Shown one piece after another: positions 21,007-29,924 of a stretch of DNA of 64,000 nt (positions within the stretch are counted from its first letter, which is position 1; each line of letters starts with the position of its first letter). The position numbers were made by a program, and so were the translations under genes. The stretch lies in NCBI GenBank assembly GCA_963731735.1, contig CAVSWO010000001.1, forward strand, positions 64,761-128,760, given 5' to 3'. The notes beneath the pieces were generated by a model. The model did not search any database, was not told where the DNA came from, and was given only the letters and a program-made list of their open reading frames with translations. The DNA comes from Candidatus Kerfeldbacteria bacterium. Its GTDB lineage: Bacteria > Patescibacteriota > Patescibacteriia > SBBC01 > CAIJZX01.

Positions 21007-21944
21007 CCACGCGTTTAGTCCTGTTCGGTTCGGGTGAATTTGGGGTACCAAGCTTTCAAGCCCTGGCACAAGATCCACGTTTTACCGTCGTCAGCGTTGT
21101 TAGTCAGCCACCCAAGCCATCTGATCGCGGTCAGCAGCTGCGCCCCACACCGGTCCAGGTTTGGGCCGAGGCCGCTGAGTTACCGGTAATTACTCCCGGT
21201 TCAGTTCGCGATCCGGACGTTGGTAAACAACTCGCGGCCTTACAGGCAGATGCCTGGGTTGTCATCGCCTATGGGTTTATTCTCCCACCGGAACTCCTGG
21301 CTCTGCCGCCTCGCGGTATTCTCAACGTTCACGCCTCATTACTCCCAAAATATCGGGGGGCCAGCCCGATTGTGGCCGCCTTGGTCGCAGGTGATCAGCA
21401 AACCGGCGTAACTTTTATGCAAATTGACGCCGGCGTGGACACGGGTGGCAGCCTGCGAACCTACACCGAACTGATCAAACCGGATGACACCACGCCAGTA
21501 TTGGCCGAACGCTTAGCTCGACTGGCGGCCCAACATTTGCCAGATGATCTCCAAGCCTGGCTCAACCAAGAAATTACACCGGTGCCACAACCGTCAGATG
21601 GAGCCAGCCGCGCGCCAAAATTATCCCGCCCAGACGGTTATGCCACCTGGAATTCAGCCGTCGAATGGGAACGGAAAGTCCGAGCCTACACCCCGTGGCC
21701 ATCCGTTTGGACGACCTGGCGCGGGCAGCGATTAAAAATCCTGGCGGCTAAAGTCGTCAAGGGTCAACCAACAGAACCTCCAGGAACCGTGATCCCAGGA
21801 TCTAACCAATCGTGGATGATTGCCTGTCAAGACGGCTACCTTGAACCGATCCAAATTCAGTTGGCCGGCAAACGCCCGCAGGCGGCCGATTTGTTGGTCA
21901 AGAATTTTCCAGACCTGATCGGCACGCGTCTCGGAAACGACTAA
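21003..21944 (+). CDS. fmt: methionyl-tRNA formyltransferase
   Basis: NVHASLLPKYRGASPI formyltransferase motif. Start overlaps the def stop. Confidence 0.9.
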   Translation: MTTRLVLFGSGEFGVPSFQALAQDPRFTVVSVVSQPPKPSDRGQQLRPTPVQVWAEAAELPVITPGSVRDPDVGKQLAALQADAWVVIAYGFILPPELLALPPRGILNVHASLLPKYRGASPIVAALVAGDQQTGVTFMQIDAGVDTGGSLRTYTELIKPDDTTPVLAERLARLAAQHLPDDLQAWLNQEITPVPQPSDGASRAPKLSRPDGYATWNSAVEWERKVRAYTPWPSVWTTWRGQRLKILAAKVVKGQPTEPPGTVIPGSNQSWMIACQDGYLEPIQIQLAGKRPQAADLLVKNFPDLIGTRLGND

Positions 21945-23350
21945 CGGGATTTTTCGGTAACTACGAACCCCATGTAGCGTCCCAGCATCATGCGAGTTTG
22001 CGCGTCAATAGCCGGAATTGATCCGAAGATAATCATTGTTACCGGCAGGAAAGTCCACTGCACGATCATCATGATCCAGCGATACCAGGGCACATGTTTG
22101 GGACGCCGGGGTAGAATACTCATACTAATAACGGCTGAGGCAAACAAGCCTATCATGGCTAGCCCCATCAGCAACTGAATGGTAACTGGTCCGTTTTGAA
22201 CGAGTGGCGAACTGGGATGGGTTTGTCGGGCAACAAAAAACGGTAGCCACCCGAGGACCAAAATGAGCAGCGGTGCAATTGCCCAGGAATATATACCCTC
22301 CAGCTGAATCCAGGTGTATTTCAATTTGGTATGGACCGATAACGACCGATTGTGCAAGAAATTCCAAACGGTAAAGGGGAAATTTTCAACCCCGCCGTAT
22401 GCCCAACGTTGAATTTGGTAATACTGATTTCGCATACTGGTCCAGAATTTCGGTGCCTGGACGGTATCCATAGATATCGGAAGGTAGAGCGGAGTAACGG
22501 TATAGTGGCCGTCATAATGTAAAAAACATTGGACAAAAATTCTAGAATCTTCATTCACCACGTCCGTTTGCCAATATCCGACCTCAATCAAAGCTTGTAA
22601 GGGCATGCTATGGGAGGAAAACGTAAACATCCGGTCAGATCGTTGGGTTTCACTCAACAGCCAAAAAGTTGTGCTGCTCGCCACAATCCGCATTAAAAAC
22701 AAGGATTCCCAAACGTTGTTATGAAATAGCGGAATCGGTTGGAAGCTGGTCCGTTGTCGGTTCGGATGGGTTAGGAACGCATGGGTCAAATAGCTAAAGT
22801 ACTGGGGGTGAGCGATCGTATCGGCATCAAAGGTCGAAACCAGGACATGCTCATACGGAATTTGCCGTTGGTCGATCCACGTCCGCAGGCGTTGGGCAGC
22901 CCAGGTACAATTCGCTCCTTTAGCCGCGATTTCTCCCGGAATATTAGCCGGATGCTCGGTGACTAAAAATTCCAAAAAGACTGATTGAAACTCCTGTTGC
23001 ACCTGCATGGCAATCGGGCGGACACGTTCCGTTTCGCGTTCCTCAGTCGCGAGTACGATAATCATCCGATCTTTCGGGTAATCCACTGACTGCAACGAAC
23101 GCAGAGTCGCCCGTAAAACCTCAATCGGTTCTTTATAGGTCGGAATGATGATGGCGTGATAGACGCGGTTCCAATTCGGAAGTACTTGCAGCCGGGCCAA
23201 CCAATGAACGTGTCGTTCGCGTTGAAAGCGACGAAAACCAAGTAAAATATACCCCATCACATATAAGACGCGAATCAACCAATAGACATCGAAGAGTAAA
23301 ATAAACACAATTGCCCACAAGGGTGCGATCAAACGATACGGCAATTGCAA
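21941..23350 (-). CDS. processive family-2 glycosyltransferase (cellulose/chitin/hyaluronan-synthase-like membrane synthase)
   Basis: TFDADT (D,D,D) and QIQRWAYG (QxxRW) motifs, with multiple transmembrane helices at both ends. TTG start at 23350. A possibly longer N-terminus lies in another frame (see findings). Confidence 0.7.
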   Translation of the reverse strand: MQLPYRLIAPLWAIVFILLFDVYWLIRVLYVMGYILLGFRRFQRERHVHWLARLQVLPNWNRVYHAIIIPTYKEPIEVLRATLRSLQSVDYPKDRMIIVLATEERETERVRPIAMQVQQEFQSVFLEFLVTEHPANIPGEIAAKGANCTWAAQRLRTWIDQRQIPYEHVLVSTFDADTIAHPQYFSYLTHAFLTHPNRQRTSFQPIPLFHNNVWESLFLMRIVASSTTFWLLSETQRSDRMFTFSSHSMPLQALIEVGYWQTDVVNEDSRIFVQCFLHYDGHYTVTPLYLPISMDTVQAPKFWTSMRNQYYQIQRWAYGGVENFPFTVWNFLHNRSLSVHTKLKYTWIQLEGIYSWAIAPLLILVLGWLPFFVARQTHPSSPLVQNGPVTIQLLMGLAMIGLFASAVISMSILPRRPKHVPWYRWIMMIVQWTFLPVTMIIFGSIPAIDAQTRMMLGRYMGFVVTEKSR

Positions 23351-23492
23351 TGACCAACGATGACCAAACCAGGCCGCCAGGAATCATTTCCAACCAGCGG
23401 TACCGTTGTCGTTCAGTCCGATTCGTAATCAGGCGCTTAATCCATGGACGCATAGTGGGGGCTACCCTACCATTCAAGTTACCCGGAGTCAA

Positions 23493-24992
23493 TTAGCCTA
23501 GGCTGACTACTTGCGTACGCCGCAAAGCGGCTTTGGCCAGCGCCAATCGATCCTGGTTAAAACTGTACAACGTGTAAACTGGGTGTCCGCGTTCTACCCG
23601 TTCGCCGATTTTATGGTGTAGATAAATACCGCCCAGTTTATGCTCCGGAGCTCCCAGCGTTCGCGCCACTTCATCAATCGCCCGGTTATGAATGGCCTTG
23701 ATCCGCCCACTTTTTGCGGCCCGGACATCATAAGACACCGCCTGATGCATCAAGACTTCGGCATCGATAGCTGAATTTCCACCCTGGGCCCGAATAATCT
23801 GTCGCATCTTCTTGACCGCCGATCCGTCGGCTAAGGCCGTCCGGGCTTGTTCCAGGCCTAACCGGTAGGAAGTACGTCCGGTCAAAGCTAACAGCGTCGC
23901 GACAAGTTCAAGGGCTTTTTCTTCAAGGTCTAGCGGGCGGTTGGCTTTTTGTTGCAGGACCCGCATGACGTCACGCGCCTCGAGCGCCGGTCCAATTCCT
24001 TGGCCAACCGGTTGATTGGCCGGGTCCATCCGGACCGTAATTTTGATCTTGAAAGCTTTGGCCACCGCCTGAAATTTCTTTTCAAGCAGTTTGGCGGTTT
24101 TTACGTTCGGAATTTTTGTATCTGGCCCATACGGCATATCAATGACTAAGTACTTGATGCCCATGGCCACTTTTTTGGCCATAATACTGACAATCATCTT
24201 GTCGTAAGGTTCAAGCGAGAGTGGCTTCGAGACCCGGATAATGATATCGTCGGCCGGGGCAATACTTAGTCCCCCGCCCCATATCAAACACCCGTTCGTG
24301 TGGTTGACGATTGATCGGACTTTGTCGCCAGTAAACCCGACCGGCGCCAGAACCTCCATCGTATCCGATGTCCCCGAAGGTGAAGTGATTGCACGCGAAG
24401 AAGTTTTTGGAATGGTTAGGCCCAGGGCCGCGATCACCGGAATGGCCACCATGGTTGTTCGATTTCCGGCCAAACCCCCGACCGAGTGTTTATCGACAAC
24501 ATACGGGCTGGGCCACCGAAACATTTCTCCAGTTTGGGCCATGGCTTCCACCATCCAAACCAATTCATCAAGCGAATACGGTTTGACGTACCCGGAACTG
24601 ACAAAATAGGTCGTTTCGATGGTCCCGAGTCGGCGGCTGACGATATCTTGAATAATTGAATGCATTTCCTCCCGGGTAATTTTTCGTCCTTGGAGTTTTT
24701 TCTTAATGGCCGCCACCGAAACTGGCCGGGCGATGACTTCAATCGTAAGTAGGTCTCCGGCCGTGGGCTTTAAGACTTTCCAGACTTCATCGAACAGTCC
24801 AATTTCCCCGTGACGGATCGAATGGTGGGTGATATCGGCGACCACCACCATACTTTTCCGTTGATAGGTTATTTTTAATCGATCTCCGGGAGTAATCCCG
24901 AAACTGGCTGCGTCATGACCGCGTAAGACCACAATCCGTGAATCGTTGCCGGTATGAATATCGATTGGTTGGAGTTTCAGGGCAAAGGACAC
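23493..24992 (-). CDS. deoA: AMP phosphorylase (archaeal-type thymidine-phosphorylase-family enzyme with N-terminal extension)
   Basis: 499 aa. Close match along its length to Thermococcus AMPpase (KHSVGG, KTSSRAITS, IWGGGLSIAPADD, LVIDMPYG, NRAIDEVARTLGAPEHKLGGIYLH), with an N-terminal domain of about 85 aa that bacterial thymidine phosphorylases lack. Confidence 0.8.
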   Translation of the reverse strand: MSFALKLQPIDIHTGNDSRIVVLRGHDAASFGITPGDRLKITYQRKSMVVVADITHHSIRHGEIGLFDEVWKVLKPTAGDLLTIEVIARPVSVAAIKKKLQGRKITREEMHSIIQDIVSRRLGTIETTYFVSSGYVKPYSLDELVWMVEAMAQTGEMFRWPSPYVVDKHSVGGLAGNRTTMVAIPVIAALGLTIPKTSSRAITSPSGTSDTMEVLAPVGFTGDKVRSIVNHTNGCLIWGGGLSIAPADDIIIRVSKPLSLEPYDKMIVSIMAKKVAMGIKYLVIDMPYGPDTKIPNVKTAKLLEKKFQAVAKAFKIKITVRMDPANQPVGQGIGPALEARDVMRVLQQKANRPLDLEEKALELVATLLALTGRTSYRLGLEQARTALADGSAVKKMRQIIRAQGGNSAIDAEVLMHQAVSYDVRAAKSGRIKAIHNRAIDEVARTLGAPEHKLGGIYLHHKIGERVERGHPVYTLYSFNQDRLALAKAALRRTQVVSLG

Positions 24993-24996
24993 GAGT

Positions 24997-25983
24997 CTAG
25001 GGCTTCAAGGACGTGATAATTGAGCGATGGGTCGGACGCTGAGCGGTCAACAATCCGGCTTTGGCGCCAATGTGCTGAATGACCGATTGCGCGTTACTGG
25101 TTCCAAATTGAAGTCCGGCCGGAATATCTCCCGGATGACGAATATATGAACTGATAAACCCGCTGCCAAAGGCATCGCCGGCTCCGGTCGTATCAACGGT
25201 CCGGACTAACCGAGTCGTGCAGTGCCAGGCTTGGGTAGCCGTACCGGCGACCGACCCGTCTGACCCCAGGGTGATGAGGACTACCCCGCCGACAAATTGT
25301 CGCAGGCGGTCCAAGGCTTCCCGGTGCTGATATTGGTGAAGTCCGAACAACCCGGCGGCTTCTTCCTGATTCAAACTGACCATGGCCGCCTTTCGAAGCA
25401 ACGGTTTTAACCGGGTTAAACCGAGTGCCAATTCGGCCTGTCCGGGATTCCAGGCGATGTTCATTTTTGCCGCTTGGGCCCGTTTCCAGACATATTCGAG
25501 ATCTCGCCGACTGCCGCCAAGTGAAGTTATGTAGAGCCATTTTGCGCGAAAACGGTGCCAGGGTACTTTTGTCACGGCGATCGACTGCGAGGCACCGCGA
25601 AATACCAAAGCCGTTCGCTCACCCCGCGGCGTCAGCAGTAAGACCGAATACCCGGTTGGTTGTTTGAGGTCCCGCATGAGCAGGGCGGTATCGACCTTTT
25701 CCTGCCGTAATTCCCGCTCAATCAGTTTGGCTCGATCATCGTGATTTCCAACCTCGCCAATAAACGCCGTTCGGAATTTTTGTCGGGCAAAGGCCACGGC
25801 GGTGTTGGTGGCTCCTCCACCCGTGCTAAAAACCACTTCGTCAATTGCTATTTTTGATCCGAGCGCAAAACATTCTGCCTCGCCGGTTGAAAAACTTTGG
25901 TCCGGGATAACTCGCAGCGCTCGGCTCTTGAGAAAAACGTCTCGGGTGGCCGATCCGACGGTGACGACATCGTAGTGTTTCAT
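24997..25983 (-). CDS. PfkB-family carbohydrate/nucleoside kinase (ribokinase-like)
   Basis: GGGATNTAVAFA and TTGAGDAFGSGF PfkB signatures. Confidence 0.8.
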   Translation of the reverse strand: MKHYDVVTVGSATRDVFLKSRALRVIPDQSFSTGEAECFALGSKIAIDEVVFSTGGGATNTAVAFARQKFRTAFIGEVGNHDDRAKLIERELRQEKVDTALLMRDLKQPTGYSVLLLTPRGERTALVFRGASQSIAVTKVPWHRFRAKWLYITSLGGSRRDLEYVWKRAQAAKMNIAWNPGQAELALGLTRLKPLLRKAAMVSLNQEEAAGLFGLHQYQHREALDRLRQFVGGVVLITLGSDGSVAGTATQAWHCTTRLVRTVDTTGAGDAFGSGFISSYIRHPGDIPAGLQFGTSNAQSVIQHIGAKAGLLTAQRPTHRSIITSLKP

Positions 25984-26825
25984 GCTTTCCTCCGGCTCCC
26001 AAATAGTATCATTTTCTTTTCCACCTCACGTTGCATCGCCTCGCGTCCAGCTGCCAAATAGACTCGCGGATCATAGAGTGATGCCTGTGAGCGCAAGGTC
26101 TTTCGAACCGCCGACGTGAAGGTCTCCTGTGAATCCGTATCAATATTTATTTTACAAATACCGAGTCGAATCGCTCGTTTAATCGCAGCCGGCGGTGTAC
26201 TGGAAGCTCCATGCAGCACTAACGGAACATGCACGACTTTCCGGATTTGTTGCAGGCGCGGAAAATGTAAATGTTCATGGGGCTGCGGTGGACCGTGGGC
26301 ATTGCCAATCGCGACCGCAAACGCCACCACGCCAGTGCGGCCAACAAAGTCGGCGGCTTGAGTCGGATCGGTCATCGCTAAACTCGGATCGCGGTTAATT
26401 TCGAACTGGTATTTCACCTGCCCCAATTCACCCTCCACGCCGATTTTTCGGCGTTTTCCGAAAGCCACCACCCGCTTGGTTTGGGCAATATTTTTCGCAT
26501 ACGGCAGTCGACTGCCATCAAACATAATGCCGGTATACCCAGCCGCCAGGCAGGCCTGGGCTTCCTTAACGGAATGTCCATGATCGAGATTCAAAACGAC
26601 CGGAACCGGGGTAACGGACGCCAGTACTCGCACAATGGCCGCCAGGGCCTGACGATTACCGTACGCAATCGCTCGTTCCGACGTATTGATGATGACCGGT
26701 GAACGTTGGGCTCGGGCGGCTTGGAGCACCGCCTGAATCTGTTCAAGGTTGGCGACGTTAAAAGCGCCAACCGCGTACCGTCCACGTTGCGCTTTTTGTA
26801 ACACCGTCTGTAAGGTCGCAAGCAT
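25980..26825 (-). CDS. fba: class II fructose/tagatose-bisphosphate aldolase
   Basis: LNLDHGHS, IMFDGS, IGNAHG and LVLHGASS motifs. Confidence 0.85.
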   Translation of the reverse strand: MLATLQTVLQKAQRGRYAVGAFNVANLEQIQAVLQAARAQRSPVIINTSERAIAYGNRQALAAIVRVLASVTPVPVVLNLDHGHSVKEAQACLAAGYTGIMFDGSRLPYAKNIAQTKRVVAFGKRRKIGVEGELGQVKYQFEINRDPSLAMTDPTQAADFVGRTGVVAFAVAIGNAHGPPQPHEHLHFPRLQQIRKVVHVPLVLHGASSTPPAAIKRAIRLGICKINIDTDSQETFTSAVRKTLRSQASLYDPRVYLAAGREAMQREVEKKMILFGSRRKA

Positions 26826-26842
26826 GCCTGTAGTTTAGCATA

Positions 26843-27490
26843 TTACCGGACTTTCGACACCGCATTCTGCAGTTGTCGTAAGGCCTGCGCCGGATCCCGG
26901 GATCGTAATAAAAATGAGCCGACCACCAAGCGTGAAGCCCCGGCCGCAACGAGGCGCGGAGCGGTTTGTGGCGTCACCCCACCATCGGCCGTAATCGTGC
27001 ATCGCGGGTACCGGACGTGGAGTTGTCGAACTCGTTCAACCGTACCCGGCCAAAATCTTCCTCCATAGGCTCCCGGTCGAACGCCCATGACCGTACACTC
27101 CGAAACGCGTGAAAGCCAGGGTGTCAATTTGCCGATCGGCGTGTCCGGATTGATCGCCAAGCTAACAGGAATTTTTCGCGATCGAAAAAGTGCGAGCAGG
27201 ACCGGCAGTTTCGGCTGTAATTCGACCGGAATAATTATGCGTTGTTTGGCGCCTGGCAGCAACAATGGTAGCCAATTTTCCGGCTGGACAACCATGCAAT
27301 GCCATTCTGTCCGCGTCGGTAATTTTTTCGAACGTAAAAACGTTTGTGACACCGAACGTGTCTTCACAAACCGTCCGTCCATTACATCAATATGGAGTTC
27401 CCGACTAAGTTCAAGCGCCAGGGCCAGCCGCCGGTCAAACTGCTGAGCGGTACCCGCCAGGACAGCCGGAATAATTTTAACGCGCATGTT
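26843..27490 (-). CDS. rpe: ribulose-phosphate 3-epimerase
   Basis: HIDVMDGRFV hallmark motif. Start taken at MRVKIIPAVLAG; the ORF track extends it upstream into rpiB. Confidence 0.85.
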   Translation of the reverse strand, partial: NMRVKIIPAVLAGTAQQFDRRLALALELSRELHIDVMDGRFVKTRSVSQTFLRSKKLPTRTEWHCMVVQPENWLPLLLPGAKQRIIIPVELQPKLPVLLALFRSRKIPVSLAINPDTPIGKLTPWLSRVSECTVMGVRPGAYGGRFWPGTVERVRQLHVRYPRCTITADGGVTPQTAPRLVAAGASRLVVGSFLLRSRDPAQALRQLQNAVSKVR

Positions 27491-27941
27491 CGATCCGAGC
27501 GATTTCATGTAATCGACGGGTGTGCCGCCGTTGCTGAGAATAATCCGTGCGCAGCCAGGTTTGCACAATTTGTTTGGCCTTTGGCAGGGTCAAATGATCA
27601 GCCGCGAGCGATAAGACATTCGTGTCTTCATCACGCCGGGATGCACGAGCAACCGCCCTCGACCAGCCTTGCACCGCTCGAATGCCTAAAAATTTGTTAG
27701 CCACCAAAGCCATGCCGACACCGGACCGGCACGACAAAATGGCCCGACTGTCGGGTTGTCGCTGCACCAGGCGAACGGCGCGAGCGGCCCAAATTGGATA
27801 ATCATCCGTTTGGTTTGGCCGGGCTGGCTCAAGCGACCGGACCTCCCAGCCCTGAGCCGACAGCCAGGCAGCTAACGAACGACTGAGTTTCCAGCCGCCA
27901 TGATCGGAAGCGAGGATTAATACCGGCTTAGTTTTTGCCAT
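27477..27941 (-). CDS. rpiB: ribose-5-phosphate isomerase B
   Basis: ILASDHGG and CRSGVGMALVANK (RpiB/LacAB). Start at MAKTKPVLIL. Confidence 0.85.
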   Translation of the reverse strand: MAKTKPVLILASDHGGWKLSRSLAAWLSAQGWEVRSLEPARPNQTDDYPIWAARAVRLVQRQPDSRAILSCRSGVGMALVANKFLGIRAVQGWSRAVARASRRDEDTNVLSLAADHLTLPKAKQIVQTWLRTDYSQQRRHTRRLHEIARIEHAR

Positions 27942-27945
27942 GGAT

Positions 27946-28128
27946 TTAGGAGTTGGTTTGGGTGGTGAACGAACGATCGGTTTCGACGCCTGCGTTAATC
28001 GGCGCGGAGGTATTGGTGTTGCTGATGGCGCTGTTGCTTGGCGTTGTTCGCGAGCTCGACCACCACCAAACACCGCCAGCCAGGATACCCAGGACGATGA
28101 TAACCACGATAATTGTGTTTGTTTTCAT
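27946..28128 (-). CDS. small hypothetical membrane/secreted protein, 60 aa, Ser/Thr/Asn-rich
   Basis: Hydrophobic N-terminus (MKTNTIIVVIIVLGILAGGVWWW). Its stop abuts the rpiB start. No clear Shine-Dalgarno sequence. Confidence 0.3.
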   Translation of the reverse strand: MKTNTIIVVIIVLGILAGGVWWWSSSRTTPSNSAISNTNTSAPINAGVETDRSFTTQTNS

Positions 28129-28137
28129 ACGCGACGT

Positions 28138-28449
28138 TTAATTACTTTGATAGAGTGAAAGCATGTGTTTAGCCTTAGCCGAAATTTTTGTCGGATTCCA
28201 AGGCGGATCAAAGGTGACGGTGATCTGAACATCCGCCACACCCGGTATTTTTTTGACCGCTTCGGTCAATTGATCATGAAAATACGGGACCAACGGGCAG
28301 CCGGGTGTCGTCAGAGTCATGGTGATACCCACTCGCTCCCCCGTCATTTTGACATCGTAGATCAATCCCAGACTCACGACGTCAATACCGAGTTCGGGAT
28401 CGTTGACGGTTGAAAGAGCCTCAAAAACTTTTTCTCGGCTAGGCGCCAT
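28138..28449 (-). CDS. DUF59/MIP18-family Fe-S cluster assembly protein (SufT-like)
   Basis: LGIDVVSLGLIYDV…TTPGCP motif; 103 aa. Confidence 0.75.
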   Translation of the reverse strand: MAPSREKVFEALSTVNDPELGIDVVSLGLIYDVKMTGERVGITMTLTTPGCPLVPYFHDQLTEAVKKIPGVADVQITVTFDPPWNPTKISAKAKHMLSLYQSN

Positions 28450-29377
28450 GTTTCGCCGCCTGCTCGCTCAGATATTTTTCAGCTTCAAGCGCAGCCATAC
28501 ATCCCCAGCCAGCGGCCGTAACCGCTTGACGATAGCGCCAATCAGCCACGTCACCACCGATGAATATTCCCGGGATTGATGAGAAAACTTGATTGGTGAC
28601 TTGTAAATATCCCGGCCCAACGAGTTCAAGTTGATCGGCAAAAATTTTTGTATTCGGTTGATGCCCAATGGCTAGGAAAACGCCCTGAACCGCTAACTCC
28701 TGTTCCTGCCCGGTCGAAACATTTTTTAGTTTGATACCCGAGACTGTTTGTTCGCCCAAAACATCGACGACTTCCGTTTGGTAGAGAAATGAAATTTTCG
28801 GATCGGCTTCGGCTCGATGGACCATGGCTTTACTGGCCCGGAGTTTATCTGATCGGACCAGGACGGTAACTTTGGTGGCAAACTTAGTCAAGTACGTAGC
28901 CTCTTCCATGGCCGAATCTCCGCCACCAATGACCACCACCGCTTTATTGCGGAAGAAGAACCCATCACACGTAGCACAGGCCGACACACCTTTGCCTCGC
29001 AGACGCCGTTCATTTGGCAACCCGAGCCATTTGGCCGAAGCGCCGGTTGCAATAATCACGCTCTCGGCTTGATATGCATCGTCACCGGCCCATACGTGAT
29101 ACGGACTGGATGAAAAATCAACTCGGGTGGCCGCCGCTTGGACGATGGTGGTACCAAAGTGTTCCGCCTGTTGTTGGAATGCCTGCATCAATTCCGGGCC
29201 CAGGATACCCTTCGGAAAGCCGGGATAATTTTCGACCTCAGTGGTATTCATCAGCTGTCCGCCGGGTTCAGGACCGGCTAGAAGGATAGGTTTGAGATCG
29301 GCCCGAGCGGCATAAATTGCGGCCGTATACCCGGCTGGACCGGATCCGAGAATTAAGACTTTGGTGTGGGTAGCCAT
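28439..29377 (-). CDS. trxB: thioredoxin-disulfide reductase
   Basis: GSGPAGYTAAIYAAR FAD motif and CATCDG redox-active disulfide. Confidence 0.9.
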   Translation of the reverse strand: MATHTKVLILGSGPAGYTAAIYAARADLKPILLAGPEPGGQLMNTTEVENYPGFPKGILGPELMQAFQQQAEHFGTTIVQAAATRVDFSSSPYHVWAGDDAYQAESVIIATGASAKWLGLPNERRLRGKGVSACATCDGFFFRNKAVVVIGGGDSAMEEATYLTKFATKVTVLVRSDKLRASKAMVHRAEADPKISFLYQTEVVDVLGEQTVSGIKLKNVSTGQEQELAVQGVFLAIGHQPNTKIFADQLELVGPGYLQVTNQVFSSIPGIFIGGDVADWRYRQAVTAAGWGCMAALEAEKYLSEQAAKHGA

Positions 29378-29547
29378 AGAAAAAGATTCGTTCCGTTGCT
29401 AACAGCATAGCATATTCACCGATCTTTTTCGATGCAGAGATTCTGACTATCCTAAATATTTTTTGGCTAATTACAGCACTTTTTCGCTTGCCTGATCGGG
29501 TTCGACCTGCCGGTTCCTTGACGGAGATAGGCGAAAACCCTTGGTTT

Positions 29548-29556
29548 TGCTATACT
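29548..29556 (+). promoter_or_regulatory. candidate extended -10 promoter element (TGcTATACT) for hup
   Basis: TGnTATACT lies about 50 nt upstream of the hup ATG in a divergent intergenic region. No good -35 element. Confidence 0.3.
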
Positions 29557-29607
29557 TTACGTAGGTTTACCATTTAATATTGCCCTACGCCTATGGCAGG
29601 AAAAGCA

Positions 29608-29886
29608 ATGACGAAATCCGCATTCCTCGGAATGCTGGCCGAAAAATCCGGCTTAAGCCGTAAAGACGCCACCGCGATGTGGGATTTCATAGTCGAAACC
29701 GCCTACTCAGAGGCGAAGTCGAGCGGTGAGTTTACGCTCCCGGGTCTCGGCAAGCTGGTCAAGAAGCAGCGCTCCGCCCGAACCGGTCGGAACCCTGCGA
29801 CTGGCGAAACGATCCAGATCCCGGCCAAAACCGTGGTCAAATTCCGGGTCGCCAAAGCCGCCAAGGATTCAATCCTCGGTAAGTAA
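29608..29886 (+). CDS. hup: DNA-binding protein HU
   Basis: HU fold sequence (MTKSAFLGMLAEKSGLSRKDA…RNPATGETIQIPA). AGGAAAA lies 5 nt upstream of the ATG at 29608. Confidence 0.85.
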   Translation: MTKSAFLGMLAEKSGLSRKDATAMWDFIVETAYSEAKSSGEFTLPGLGKLVKKQRSARTGRNPATGETIQIPAKTVVKFRVAKAAKDSILGK

Positions 29887-29924
29887 CGCTTTCCATATCC
29901 CCCACTCCGCCCTCGGCGGAGTGG

